Source: Haliotis rufescens
Taxonomy: Eukaryota
DNA: 64,000 bases
Reading direction: 5' to 3'
NCBI RefSeq assembly: GCF_023055435.1
Contig: NW_025964223.1
Location: 248,001-312,000, forward strand
How positions within the stretch are numbered: position 1 is the stretch's first letter; every line of letters starts with the position of its first letter. Under the pieces are notes generated by a model, which did no database searches, was not told where the DNA came from, and was given only the letters and a program-made list of their open reading frames with translations. Positions 13,719 through 25,330 of the stretch are shown here, piece after piece. The position numbers were made by a program, and so were the translations under genes.

Positions 13719-13952
13719 GTACTGACACAGGGAGATATACCACCTCAGTACTGACACAGGAAGATATACCACCTCTGTACTGACACAGGGAGATATACCA
13801 CCTCTGTACTGACACAGGGAGATATACCACCTCTGTACTGACACAGGGAGATATACCATCTCTGTACTGACACAGGGAGATATACCACCTCTGTACTGAC
13901 ACAGGGAGATATACCACCTCTGTACTGACACAGGGAGATGAACCACCTCTGT
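13719..13952. repeat. 29-bp minisatellite, right part
   Basis: About 8 units, ending about 17 nt from the SON donor at 13969. Confidence 0.95.
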
Positions 13953-13969
13953 GTTTGAGTTGGACTCAC

Positions 13970-14130
13970 CCGTATGTTCATGATGATGTTGGGGAGTGTG
14001 GATGGATCCCTCAGCTTGAAGGGGTGGTTGATGAAGGGGCCCTCCCCCTCCTCCCCATCCGAGTGTCGCCCATACTCGCTGTCACTGTCGCTATCACTGT
14101 AGCCTTTCTCAGAGATCTTCTTACAGAAAT
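13970..14130 (-). CDS. SON: SON exon (DFCKKISEKGYSDSD...PFINHPFKLRDPSTLPNIIMNIR)
   Basis: CCTTTAG| acceptor, CGG|GTGAGT donor; 161 nt, phase 1 to 0; HPFKL motif as in SON. Confidence 0.9.
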
Positions 14131-14575
14131 CTAAAGGAAATATCATGGGTTACATTCCTCTCAAAGTAAAGCGCTCCCTCAGGAAATCGGAAAGTGAGTT
14201 TGGTTTAATGGCCTTCTGTATTTTGGGTTATATTACAGCCTGTCAGCATACTTTTGACATTTACAGCGTTGGTGCAACCGACAAGCACGGGTGTTGTGCT
14301 GACAAACATAGGAACATAATTCTGATTATCAGTGTGAATTCAACCCACAATCATGTTTCTGACAGACCTAGACACCTGGACCCCTCCCTTTCAAAAATGC
14401 TGGACCCCGTCTTGAGTGTGTTAAATCAGAATTATTCACCAATCCTGTAGATAGCCTGAACACAGAACCCTTTCAGTCATGATTTCTACAACCCACTGGT
14501 GTCAATGACGAAACACACATTGCTCACAGAGTCCAATCTTTCCGTTTCTTATGTTCCTGCTTCTGTTGGACTCAC

Positions 14576-14673
14576 CTGTCAGTTCCTCCACCGACTTGCC
14601 CCCAGCTTTGAGAGTAGCGAGATCCACATCCGCACCCTGTTCACCGGCCTTCACAGCAGCCAGCACATTGGCA
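14576..14673 (-). CDS. SON: SON exon (ANVLAAVKAGEQGADVDLATLKAGGKSVEELT)
   Basis: TTTCAG| acceptor, AG|GTGAGT donor; 98 nt, phase 2 to 1. Confidence 0.88.
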
Positions 14674-14912
14674 CTGAAACAGCACAAGGCATAAAGCAAT
14701 CTTCCCTTGTCAACGAGTCCCTGTCAGAGTCACAACCCTAACATGTTCATCTTCCCATGGCTGACATTATGGAGTTATTTTTTGGCTGGACTTGAAACAA
14801 AGTACATTTTTATCCCAGAGTTCACTGGGATATCAGAGCATTCTGGTATCACGGGTAGCAATACAAGCATCGTTTTGTCAAAATATACCCATCATTACTG
14901 ATTTCAACTCAC

Positions 14913-15221
14913 ATGGCTATTTTCCTGAGCTTGGATTTGTCTATTTTCACACGTAAATCTTTTTCTCGATCAGCATCCTTTATTCGGTCCCTCTCGCCAC
15001 CTCGCTCTCTTTCACGATGCCGGTACTCTCTGTCATGATGTCGTTCATCGCGGTCTCTCCGGCGGGATTTCTCATGTGACCTATCTCGGGACTTTGACCT
15101 TTCTCTGGACTTCGACCTTGACCTATCTCGTGACCTTGACCTGCTCCTTGACCTCCGATGATGTCTGTCTGATCTAGGATGACCAAGGCCTCCATAACTC
15201 CTGGCATCCCGATCATCGGTT
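14913..15221 (-). CDS. SON: SON exon, RS/RD domain ending in IDKSKLRKIAI
   Basis: TTTTCAG| acceptor, AT|GTGAGT donor; 309 nt, phase 2 to 2; C-terminal end resembles SON LDKAQLLEIAKAN. Confidence 0.88.
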
Positions 15222-15349
15222 CTGAAAATGCAGATGTAATCATTACACCATGTAAATATTTACCAAAGAAACATTTAAATATTTTGTATTTTTACAACAA
15301 GGCTCATACAAACAGTTTCCAACAATAGACAAGGCTGATACAAACAGTG

Positions 15350-15590
15350 ACCCGTGAAGATGCGGGGTAGAATAGGTCTTCAGCAACCCATGCTTGTCGT
15401 AAGAGATGACAAACAGGATGGGGTGGTCAGGCTCGCTGACTTGGTTGATGCAGGTCATCGTATCCCAATTGTGTGGATCAATGCTCATGATGTAAATCAC
15501 TGGATTGTCTGGTACAGACTTGATTATTTACGGACCGACGTCATATAGCTGGAACATTGCTGAGTGTAGCATAAAACAACAAACAAAACA
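15350..15590 (+). mobile_element. SINE-like family A (about 240 bp, (AAAC)n tail)
   Basis: Multi-copy in the window: + at about 5397, 6072, 30046, 30922, 61953; - at about 15757, 21636-22120, 48076, 60346. Shares a 3' tail motif (GCTGGAATATTGCT...GCGGCGT.AA) with family B. Confidence 0.8.
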
Positions 15591-15756
15591 AAAAATAATA
15601 AAAAATAGTACAAACAGTTACTTGTCCAGAGACAAATGTCATTTGGAGATGTCCATAATTTGGCAAGTATCGATAGGACTTTTTACTATACATTTGTTTC
15701 CCGTCACCAATTTTGAAAAATATCTTCAGGAGACTTTAAATGACTATGTGAGAAAG

Positions 15757-16023
15757 TTTGTTCGTTTGTTTGTTGTTAAACGCCACTCATCACTATTCCA
15801 GATATATGACAGTGGTCTACAAATAATCGACCAGTCTGGATCAGACAATCCAGTGACTGACATCATGAGCATCGATCTACTCAATTGGGATTCAGTGACA
15901 TGCATCAAACCAAGTCAGTGAGTCTGACCATCCGATCCCTTTTGTCGCCTTTTACAACAAGCATTGTCGCCCTCTTACGACAAGCATGGATTGCTGAAGA
16001 CCAATTCTAATCTGAATCTTCAG
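15757..16023 (-). mobile_element. Family A copy, inverted relative to the 15350 copy
   Basis: Reverse complement of the family A sequence. Confidence 0.8.
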
Positions 16024-16427
16024 GAATGCTATGTGAAAAGCCTGGACAGTACACGATCTGAAACCCTTTTCTCTCAAAAAGGCAAAACTCTGTGTCCACA
16101 GGTCCACTGGGATCTCCTAAATCTTTAAAGGGAAACAACACTCCAACTCTCAGTCATCTAGTTGGCACAGTCTTAATTATCTCGCTTAATCGTCAGATGC
16201 CAATGAACATGACTAGCATCATCACACATACTACAAAGAAGTACTATTAAACTGATGAACACTCAGAATACTTGTGTACCTTGCAGTCAACGGAAGCACT
16301 TCTCGGTGTATTGATAAATGTCATGATATTTGTTCATGACTCTCGTTTCCTTTCCCCCTGTTATGACTGACACTGTTAATACACACAACACAAGCCAAGC
16401 TAAATACTGTTGAGGAGTCACGCCTAC

Positions 16428-16493
16428 CTCTCTCTGTGTCGCTCTTTGCTTTTCGTACGAGACCGCGTCCGCCTTCTTTTGGGTGACTTAGAT
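16428..16493 (-). CDS. SON: SON exon, RS-rich (SKSPKRRRTRSRTKSKERHRE)
   Basis: TTTTCAG| acceptor, AG|GTAGGC donor; 66 nt, phase 2 to 2. Confidence 0.8.
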
Positions 16494-17179
16494 CTGAAAA
16501 GATTCCAGCATAGTATCAGCGTGTGAGTCATGACCTGTAACTTATCAAATTTGGACCAGTTTGCTCAATAGTATATATCAGTATTTCAGGTAAACTGCTT
16601 ATTTGTGTAATATATCAGTTCCAAATATATTGTACCAGGGTTTTACCTTGAAATGCAAAAGTGGGTGTCCAGGGGAAATAAACTAATAAATGGTTTCCTT
16701 CTATCTATCTCAAGTATAAAAAACTTGTATGTATTTCCTACTACAGTCTCCATGTTGTGTACCATGGCTATGGCTATGCATGTGTAATGCAACATGCATC
16801 ATGGGAGCAGTGTTGACAAAACAAATGCAGCATCATTTGGTTATTTTCTAAGATGCTCATGCAGAATTTTCTCCTATTGACTTGTTTTTGTGTGGATTAG
16901 ATAGATGCTTTATGAAGATTACATTCTGATTATTATTAGGAGGCAATTAAAAAACAATTGTTGTTTTGCGTATATGTTGCTTCGCCACTGTATAAGAAAC
17001 AGATTTCAGTTGGAACTATATTGGCTACTGTCACTGTCCGACTGACACATCACTTACCCTGTTACGTTAAAAATATTAATGCGAGCATTCCAAGAAAACT
17101 CGCAATGTTTCGGTAATGTTTGTGAGAGAGGGAAAGCGATTTTGAAGCACAGAATTAAAGAATGACATTATATGATAAA

Positions 17180-17331
17180 GAGGTTATCACGCGTGTGTGT
17201 TTGGGGATGGTAAATATCCTGCATTAGAAATAAACACTATGTACTTAGCAAGCCTTGGCGAGCTAAATACATAGTGTTTATTCCTAATGCAGGATATTTA
17301 CCATCCCCAAACACACTCGCGTGATAACCTC
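17180..17331. mobile_element. Near-perfect palindrome of about 150 bp (MITE-like hairpin)
   Basis: Arms GAGGTTATCACGCG... / ...CGCGTGATAACCTC with few mismatches; central GCAAGCCTTGGCGAGC. Confidence 0.75.
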
Positions 17332-17759
17332 GATGTCCATTTCAGACCTAATCTGAAATTGCTGTTTTCATTTGAATTGTACTCCTGGAAAGTTGTAAGT
17401 ACGACACTGGGAACACGTTTTAACCCCAGTAAGGGGATTCCCCACAGTGGCAGAATTTTCGTTTGGGGGATGATTTCAGCAGTTGTTTTCTATCGTCTGT
17501 TTTACGCTATTTCCATTTCCATGACTTCCAAATCTAATTTTGGTCAAGTATTTGTGATTAAGTATGCCCCAAAGTATTGAAATCTTCAAAATTGCTATGT
17601 TGATTTAACTTGCCCTTTAATATGTGAAGTCAAAGTTTAAGAAAATTATAACTTAAGACAAAATTGACAAACCATCACTGCCCTGTCTCCAGCCCTGTTG
17701 CCCCAGACATTAAGGGCACCTGTCCCCAACTAACGGTGATGTACATTATTTCATTTCAC

Positions 17760-18126
17760 CTTGATCGAGAGTGTCTCCGTTTCTCAGAACTCTTTGATTT
17801 GTGGTCCTTCTTGTCTTCTTTCTTCCTCTCCTTCTTGTCTTCTTTCTTCTTCCCTTCCTCCGACTTTTCCTTTTTCACATCCTTCTTCCCTTCCTTCCTG
17901 TCCTCTTTAGAACTCTTATCTTTGGAATTTTTTCGTTCACCCTTAGCGCTTTTGTGTTTTTTCTTCTTTTTGTGTTTATGTTTGTGTTTTTTCTTCTTCT
18001 TTGATTTGCTCTTTCCTTCCTTGTCTGAGTTGGAAAGTGACCCTGTTTCTATAAGACCATCTTCAACTACTTCACTGTCCTCAGACTCCTCGTCGCTCTC
18101 GTCGCTGGACGAAGACAAAACCTCAC
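17760..18126 (-). CDS. SON: SON exon, Ser/acidic then Lys-rich (KKKKKHKHKHKKKKKHK), start of RS region
   Basis: TTTCCAG| acceptor, AG|GTGAAA donor; 367 nt, phase 1 to 2, consistent with neighbouring exons. Confidence 0.85.
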
Positions 18127-18400
18127 CTGGAAACACACAATCTGATTACCAAAATACACAGATTTTTTTTCCTTTCTTCAACTGAAAATTATTCTGTACA
18201 GATTATCTCAGTAAATATGGAAAACAGACATAGAAGTTACTTTATTAACTAAGCACTGTGAATTACTATAAAATTCTGGCTGCCGAATGATACTTTCAGG
18301 TGCATATGCAATAAAAATAATTCCAACATTGGTCATGTTGAGGGTTGCACCCTTCAAGTCTGGGTGAGACATGCCACTGGATGATGGCGTCTGCAATGTC

Positions 18401-18678
18401 CCACACAATCAGGTGATGAGAACAATCAGCAATGACCACACAATCAGGTGATGAGAACAATCAGCAATGACCACACAATCAGGTGATGAGAACAATCAGC
18501 AATGACCCCAAATCAGGTGATGAGAACAATCAGCAATGACCCACACAATCAGGTGATGAGAACAATCAGCACTGACCCACATAATCAGGTGATGAGAACA
18601 ATCAGCACTGACCCACATAATCAGGTGATGAGAACAATCAGCACTGACCCACATAATCAGGTGATGAGAACAATCAGC
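18401..18678. repeat. 35-36-bp minisatellite (about 7.5 copies)
   Basis: CACACAATCAGGTGATGAGAACAATCAGCAATGAC units. Confidence 0.95.
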
Positions 18679-18891
18679 CATGTCACAGAGCCTTCCCCCT
18701 GACCCCTCTGGTCTTTAGTCTGATGGAGTTTCTGAGACCTTTCCTGATCCAAAGATGCCTCAGGCGACCAGGGCTCCTTCTAAAAAAATGACCTCTGGGC
18801 TACGACTTCCGTAACAACTATAGTTTACAACATAGACTTACAATAGCCATTGTGCAAAGAACAGAGCCATGATCCACAAAGCAGTCTTAGC

Positions 18892-19263
18892 TAGGGCTGG
18901 CTATCATTAAACATCATAGAGATCGATAATCGCTAACCAAATATCAATCAATTATCAATAAAAGTATCAGAGAAGGAACTTGAAGCAAATATGCAAGAAA
19001 GTCTCGAAAGAAATCTTCAGATTTCACGCCACTAGTGAGCAGCGACACATTCATGCATGGATTCTTTGGTGGACATTTCAGATATAACAATAACAGTTGA
19101 CCATTGACATTATTGACAATGACAAGTCTGTTTTGGTAAATGTAAACTTTATTTCACCACAATGATTTATGTGAGGTATTATCGATGGCAACAGTTTCGA
19201 TAATCGTTAATATTTCTTCCAATCAACAATAATTCCAATTATTAATCTTTTTAGCCAGCCCTA
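18892..19263. mobile_element. hAT-type MITE (372 bp)
   Basis: TIRs TAGGGCTGGCTA / TAGCCAGCCCTA; 8-bp TSD GTCTTAGC (18884-18891, 19264-19271). Confidence 0.85.
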
Positions 19264-19362
19264 GTCTTAGCACTACATGTACTAAGGCAATTGTAACTCC
19301 TATACCTTAGGATGCAGCACTTAAAACAACGGGGCCCTGAATCTGAATGTTACCATGGTTAC

Positions 19363-20206
19363 CAGATGTCACCTCACCTTCCTCCAACACCGCCTTCTTC
19401 TTCTGGTCCGTCATGTCCCCTGAGTTAATCCAGTCTCTGCTCTGCTTACTGATCTCAAGCTTGATCCCCCCCACTTTATCTTTCCCCTCATTCACTGCCT
19501 CGTCAGCGTCAGCCTTCTCCACCTCAGCCCCATGGCTCACAACTTCAACACCAATCTTAACTTCACTCTCCTTCCTAGATTCACTATCCCATCTACCTTT
19601 CTTACGTTCACTTTTTGTTTTCTCTTCCACGACATTCACACTTTCTTTCTTTTCTTCACAATCCCACCGCCCCTTTTTCTTGCGTTGGTTCTGTGAAATA
19701 GTGTTCCCATTAATCATGCTGATTTCCTCGTCCAACAGTTTACTCATCTCTTCCATGGAACTCACAATATCAGGGTCATTCTGGTCTAGTGTGCTCTGTT
19801 CCTCCTTCTGTTTCGAGGCAAGGAAATCTTTGAATAATTCATCAACAATAGTCTGTGAGGGAGGTAATGAGAGTGACTTAGTCCCAGCACTTGATGGATT
19901 GGAACATGAGCTTTGGGAGTTTGCCAGATTTGGTACTGTTGAGGTAGACTGATTCCTAACACTAGCCAGGTCGGGGAATGGTGCCACAGGAAGACCCTTC
20001 TGTTTGCCATCTATCGTCTTTAGTTTGCTGGCTGGGTGAGGGTGACTAGATGTTTTTGTGGTAACTACTTTGGTTACAAGTATACTAGATGGCTGATTGG
20101 AATCCTGCAATCTTCTGAGCTTTGACTTTTTCTTCTCACTTTTCTGATCGCCAGCTGTCTCCCCCGGGAGGGGAATGGCATCCAGAGAGGGGACAGATGC
20201 ACTCAT
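19363..20206 (-). CDS. SON: SON homolog, first coding exon. Acceptor just upstream of exon start 20230, probable ATG at 20206-20204; donor after 19363 or, alternatively, after 19378
   Basis: Open frame MSASVPSLDAIPLP...QTIVDELFKDFLASKQKEE... resembles the SON N-terminal motif (IEQIFRSFVVSK). Acceptor GTTACAG| at 20231-20232. Phase-1 donors TCTG|GTAACC and GAAG|GTGAGG both fit the next exon. Confidence 0.75.
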
Positions 20207-20718
20207 ACTTAACTGTCCCCTTCTGCCTACCTGTAACCGAACAGAGATCCAACTGTGAAAATTGATCACGCTGATGGACAAAAGATTAAACTGGAGAGAT
20301 TTTCTTACTCACCCCTCTTATAGGGAAAATATAAAGATGAGCATGAATTGCATGATTACTGAACATAAGGTGAGGCCATTAAAGTACAAATTTTACAAAA
20401 TATATGAAGTAGTCGAGTTGGTGGTCTATCACCTCACGTAGAAACTATGCTTTTCGAAATGTCTGCTTTGTGCCAGACAATGTTTTGTTTTCATGCAATG
20501 CACTTCTTGATAGGCCCACTTTAAATACAAGAACTTGTGCGGACATTTGCACTGGTTTGATGTAACAGAACATGTGATTAAGTCATGTTATATGTCCATG
20601 TCAATCTCGAGGCAATCCTGACGGATCGATCTACTTTACTGGAGTGGAGAAGAAAGTAGGCTAAAGTGACAGTTGATTAATAAAATATGTGCGTGTTAAG
20701 TTATTTAATTCTGTTTAC

Positions 20719-21010
20719 CTAAAGTGACGGATTGGAGTCCCAAACAACACAATGACAGGCTGCATTATAGCAGCAATCACATATTCACGCTTCTTGAAAA
20801 CAGAAACATGGCGGAAATACGCATCAAGGTAGGTAACTCTATGCCTTTTGATTATCTCCCCTTATCCAGCAAAGCTGAGTAAAAGCACAGGGCCATGTGA
20901 CTGCGAGTGTCTTTGTTTTAATTAGTTACATTGTCCAGTGAGACAAGTTTCTCACACGTACACTTTCAGGTCCCAGGTCACGTGAGGTCATGACTACGTA
21001 CGTCATGAGC
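20719..21010 (-). promoter_or_regulatory. Putative SON promoter and non-coding first exon
   Basis: Minus-strand donor TTTAG|GTAAAC near 20719; YY1-like CCGCCATGTT at about 20805-20814; E-box GTCACGTGA at about 20977-20985; lies upstream of the first coding exon. Confidence 0.4.
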
Positions 21011-21477
21011 ATATTGTGTGAAACTGAGTGAGTGAATGTGGTATAACGCCGCTTTTAGCAATAGTCCGGCAATATCCCGGCAGGGGACACCCAAAGTTAG
21101 CTTTAGTCCAACTGCCCCCCCCCCCCCCCCCCCCCCCCCGGCTGGCTACGGCACTGAGTAATAGAACCCAGGCAACGCTTTTAGCTGCCAAGATTGATAA
21201 ACGTCACAGTCAAAGAAAGACAGTTAGATTTTTGTAACTGACTGGGAATGTCACATTGACCCAAACAGAAAAAACAATAGGTCTAAACAACAACAAACAC
21301 TTTAGAGTTAACTAAGGCAATGATTTGAAGAACACACACAACACACTCGAAACATTGCATGCTGACCATGCCATTTGCACGTGGCTAGGGGAACATTCTT
21401 CATTTTGACACTTTAGTGAAAGTTTGTCAAATCGCTCTGATCCATTTGTCTAATAGATTTTCGTTATCCACAGTAGC

Positions 21478-21633
21478 CAGTGCCGTAGCCAGCCGGGGAC
21501 GCAAGGGGGGCAGTTGCCCCCCTAGATTTTTTTATTTCATAGAAAACAGTTTTATTTGAATCAAGTGTGGGACAAGTGATACTTGTACAAATATTTGCCC
21601 CCCTCCCCCTGTCAAAAAGTTAACTACGGCCTT
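21478..21633. mobile_element. GC-ended MITE; the matching end of another copy lies at about 21110-21156
   Basis: CAGTGCCGTAGCCAGCCGGGG start and degenerate ...CTACGGCCTTG end; the inverse CCCCGGCTGGCTACGGCACTG occurs at about 21136-21156. Confidence 0.55.
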
Positions 21634-21635
21634 GG

Positions 21636-22120
21636 TAGCGGTCTATAAATAATCGAGTCTGGACCAGACAATCCAGGGATTGATATCATGAGCATCAATT
21701 CACGCAATTGGGATACGATGACATGCATCAGCCAAGTCAGCGAGCATAACCACACGATCCCGTTAGTCGCCACTTACGACAAGCACGGGTTGCTGAAGAC
21801 TAATTCTAACCCGGTTTCCAGCTATATGACGGCGGTCTGTCAGTAAACTAAACTGGACCAGACAATCCAGTGATTAACATCATGAGCATCGATCCACACA
21901 ATTGGTTAGTTGGTTTGTTGTTTAACGCCGCACTCAGCAATATTCAAGCTATATGACGGTGGTCTGTAAATAATCGAGTCTGGACCAGACAATCCACTTA
22001 TTGACATCATGACCATCGATCCACTCAATTGGGTTCGATGACATGCACCGACCAAGTCAGCGACCTGACCACCCGACCCCGTTAGTCGCCTCTTACGACA
22101 AGCATAGTCGCCTTATACGG
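21636..22120 (-). mobile_element. Cluster of three family A fragments/copies; a family B head follows at 22130-22195
   Basis: Repeated CTGGACCAGACAATCCA motif; TCGAACCCGG B-box remnant. Confidence 0.75.
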
Positions 22121-22357
22121 CAATTCAGGGGTTGTACCCATGTGGGGAATCGAACCCGGGCATTCGGCGTGACGACCAAACGATTTAACCACCACAAGGC
22201 TCACAATATATACATTCTAAGGGACCGACTATATGAATTTCGTTGATGGGAGTCTTTGATATCTTATCTTGAAAATCAATAAATTTGCTTTTCTTCGGCA
22301 AAGATTTATACCATATAACATTTCAAACATGTTAGGGCTCATGCAATCTCATTAAAA

Positions 22358-22417
22358 TCAGATCTTAGTTCTCGCTACCGCTAAACAAAGTTAGCGGTAG
22401 CGAAAACTAAGATCTGA
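22358..22417. repeat. 60-bp palindrome; related remnant at about 3638-3675
   Basis: TCAGATCTTAGTTCTCGCTACCGCTAA / TTAGCGGTAGCGAAAACTAAGATCTGA. Confidence 0.7.
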
Positions 22418-23485
22418 AACTAAGATCGAAACAATATGTTTTTACACAAAATTATTCAGCCATAGATTACAGTTCACAAACTGTTGCAGGAATGAGTGAT
22501 GGTTAAATAGACAGAATCAAATTTAACAACAGTTCTTTCAATAATTTAATACATTTTTACTCGTGTGGTACTTCATACATATTTTCACAATTCTTTGATA
22601 TTTTGTTTTTCATAATAATCATTATGATTAAAATGCATTAAAATGTTAAGGAGCTCAGCACCTCATGGTCGACCATCCACTGTATTACATCTCCATTTTG
22701 TTATGACGAATTCCGCTAAAAATTACCATTTATTATTACAAAATCATTTGCGAAATTTTTGGAACAAATTCCAAGCCATATAACGGAGAGGGGCGTCAAC
22801 ATCGGCTCAACATGGTGTATCCATGTGGTGAACTGGTGTGACGAGTCAACGCTTTAACCTCGCTAGACAAACCCACCGCCAATGGCTTTGTCGGTTAAGA
22901 TTATTTATATAAACAAATGTCAAATCAGGTTAGAAGTGTTGGATATTTCATGCAGGTGTTTACCAGAATAGTCACGCGATGTCATGGTTACGAGTTTAGC
23001 CAATCGGGAAACACTTCCGTTGCACGAGTTTTTCCTGCGGTAATCCAAACTCTATGGATCGAAGCAGACGACGCTTACTTTATCAAATGCACCGGTGCAT
23101 GTAAAATTAATTTCAACAAGTTGTTTAGAATTCATTTAAAATCGAGATTACGATGGGCTTAGACCCCTATTTCTCATGTTTATATTATTCACGCGCTAAT
23201 TTGAACGCTGCGTTTAAAACGTTGGTATGTCATGTGCATTATGAAGACTTTTCACGAAGAGACATTTTTCAGCTTGATTTCCTGCCCTGTCGTATGTTTT
23301 CACTCTGGAGACGACGTTGAACAAAACGACATGGTAAGTGCAGCAATATGTAAGTAAACAATCTGTTGGTGAACATATATTTTATAAACGATTAATTGCT
23401 GTGGCTGTAACGATTCGCAGATGATGTGATGTTATATTCGATGCAAAACAGCACCAGGCCGGTAAGAGTTTCTCTGTCATTTTTT

Positions 23486-23486
23486 G

Positions 23487-23518
<32 letters not shown>

Positions 23519-23577
23519 TCCGTGCGTGCTTGATTGATTGCTTGCGTGCTTGCTTGCTTGCGTGCGTGTACGTGTGT
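23486..23577. repeat. Compound microsatellite (TG)n(TGCG)n(TGAT)n(TGCT)n
   Basis: Direct reading. Confidence 0.9.
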
Positions 23578-24539
23578 GGAAGGGGGTGCGGGAGATTGTC
23601 CCATGTCGTCAATGAATGAAGCATATTATTTATTGTAAGAATACAGCATGTACATTAAACATATTGATTCTAAATTCTGTTAATGTTCTTACACCTATTA
23701 TGTCGTTGGTGTTTTCAACTATACCAATTACACAATTTTAATTATATTTCAACCGCATTACGACGGAAAGACCAAGGATGGGTTTCACACATTTTACCCA
23801 ATTTGGGTACAAGACCCGGATTTTCGTCACAGGAATGAACGTTTTAACATGGTTTCTCCTTACAAGACCAGTGATGTAAACAAGAGAAACCCGTTTCGTT
23901 GCCGTCATAATTATGCAGTGTTAATATACCATTTCTCCACCCGTACGAACAAGTGGTATATTATTTATCAGTATCAATATTCCAGCAATATCACGGCCGG
24001 GGGACACCAGAAATTGGCTTCACACACTGTACCCATGTCGGGTTTCGATCCCACACTATACACACACCGAATTAATTTTTTCGATAAATTTTCACAAGCT
24101 GAATTTTGTCCAACGCCTCGACACATTGGCCAACAACATATGCATACATACAGAGTATTTGCTGCGAAATGGCCGTTTTAACCATTCACTGCAGCTCTAT
24201 CATGTCCAGCTCCGCTATGAAAGGTGTAGTAACATCAATACATATTTTCTCTGTGAAACCTGCAAACTGTTGCTTTAATACCAATAAAACTTAGTATTAA
24301 TTGCAATAAATACGAATTTAGCTCCGTCGATTCAGCAGTCTTACTCCGACGAGGGTGTAGTTGTTTGGTGCGCTGTAAGCAACCGCAAACGAAGTACCAG
24401 TGTCTAAATAGGGAGGGTTGAGGTTAGGTGTCACTTTTTTTATCAACAAATCTTCACAAGGTGGGACTTTGCTAAACCCTGCACCCATTGACCGACATCT
24501 ACATGTATACACATATTTTTTTTAAACGAATTTAGATTC

Positions 24540-25330
24540 AATATAATTGATTTGTTTGGAATTTTGTTTTGTCAAATATTAATCTAAAATATTTGCTGTA
24601 TATTATAATGAAATTTGAAATTGCCCCAAATACTGTCGATGCATTAAATGTTCTGAAGAGTAAAGCTAGATTGTTTTTATATTTTGATGTATGGAGCTCG
24701 AACAGAAGTGTGTTACTGATCGTGATATAAAGATCAGTTGTCAAGGTCATCGGTTGTTTTGCAGTTTGTACATTGATCACTGTGGTGTTTAGTTGCAGAG
24801 TTTAGATCTGCAATGGCTCTGTGAATTCTTGAACTTATTTTGTCTAAATGGGTCGAGTTAGAAAAAGAATGTGCCATTTAGTAATACTTTTAGTGTGAAG
24901 GGATTTATGTCCAAACAGATTTACAATTTGGAATATAAACTTAGAAAATTTGGAATTAGATGCTTTTTTATATATTAATGTTTTGATCCTCTTGCTAAGT
25001 TTAAGAGTTTTAGAGTTGGCGGTAATAGATAATAGGTCAGATAATATAAGTAACGTGTTGAGGAAGGTTCCAGTTCTTGCCCTCAGGGCTAACTTTAGGG
25101 ATTACTTAAGAATGGACTTTCACTCTGTGTGCGTTCACTGAAGTATGAACCTTCATAGAGTGTTCAAACTGAATGAACGTCGGGACTCGGCTGGCGCCAG
25201 CAATGACGGCGAGTACGGTGGCTGGTATGTTCCCGTGTTGTTTCAGGTGAACAATCACCTTGCCTTTACATGTGTTTGTGACGGGTGCCACCGGTGGTGC
25301 ACCTTTTCGCGTACACCTGGTATCATCAGT
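24540..25330 (-). pseudogene. Possible highly degraded LINE fragment (RNase H-like and CCHC-like remnants)
   Basis: Fragmentary minus-strand translations ILSDLLS (RNase H-like) and QCTNCKTTDDLD (C-terminal zinc-knuckle-like), interrupted by stops and frameshifts. Confidence 0.3.

Noticed and set aside
18401-18678. TGATGA-containing repeat as a hammerhead or C/D snoRNA array
   Set aside because: No CTGATGA...GAAA core with stems and no convincing C/D terminal stem; it is an ordinary minisatellite
17664-20010. Plus-strand Phe/Ser-rich ORFs (173 aa and 201 aa)
   Set aside because: Antisense shadows of Lys/Glu-rich SON exons
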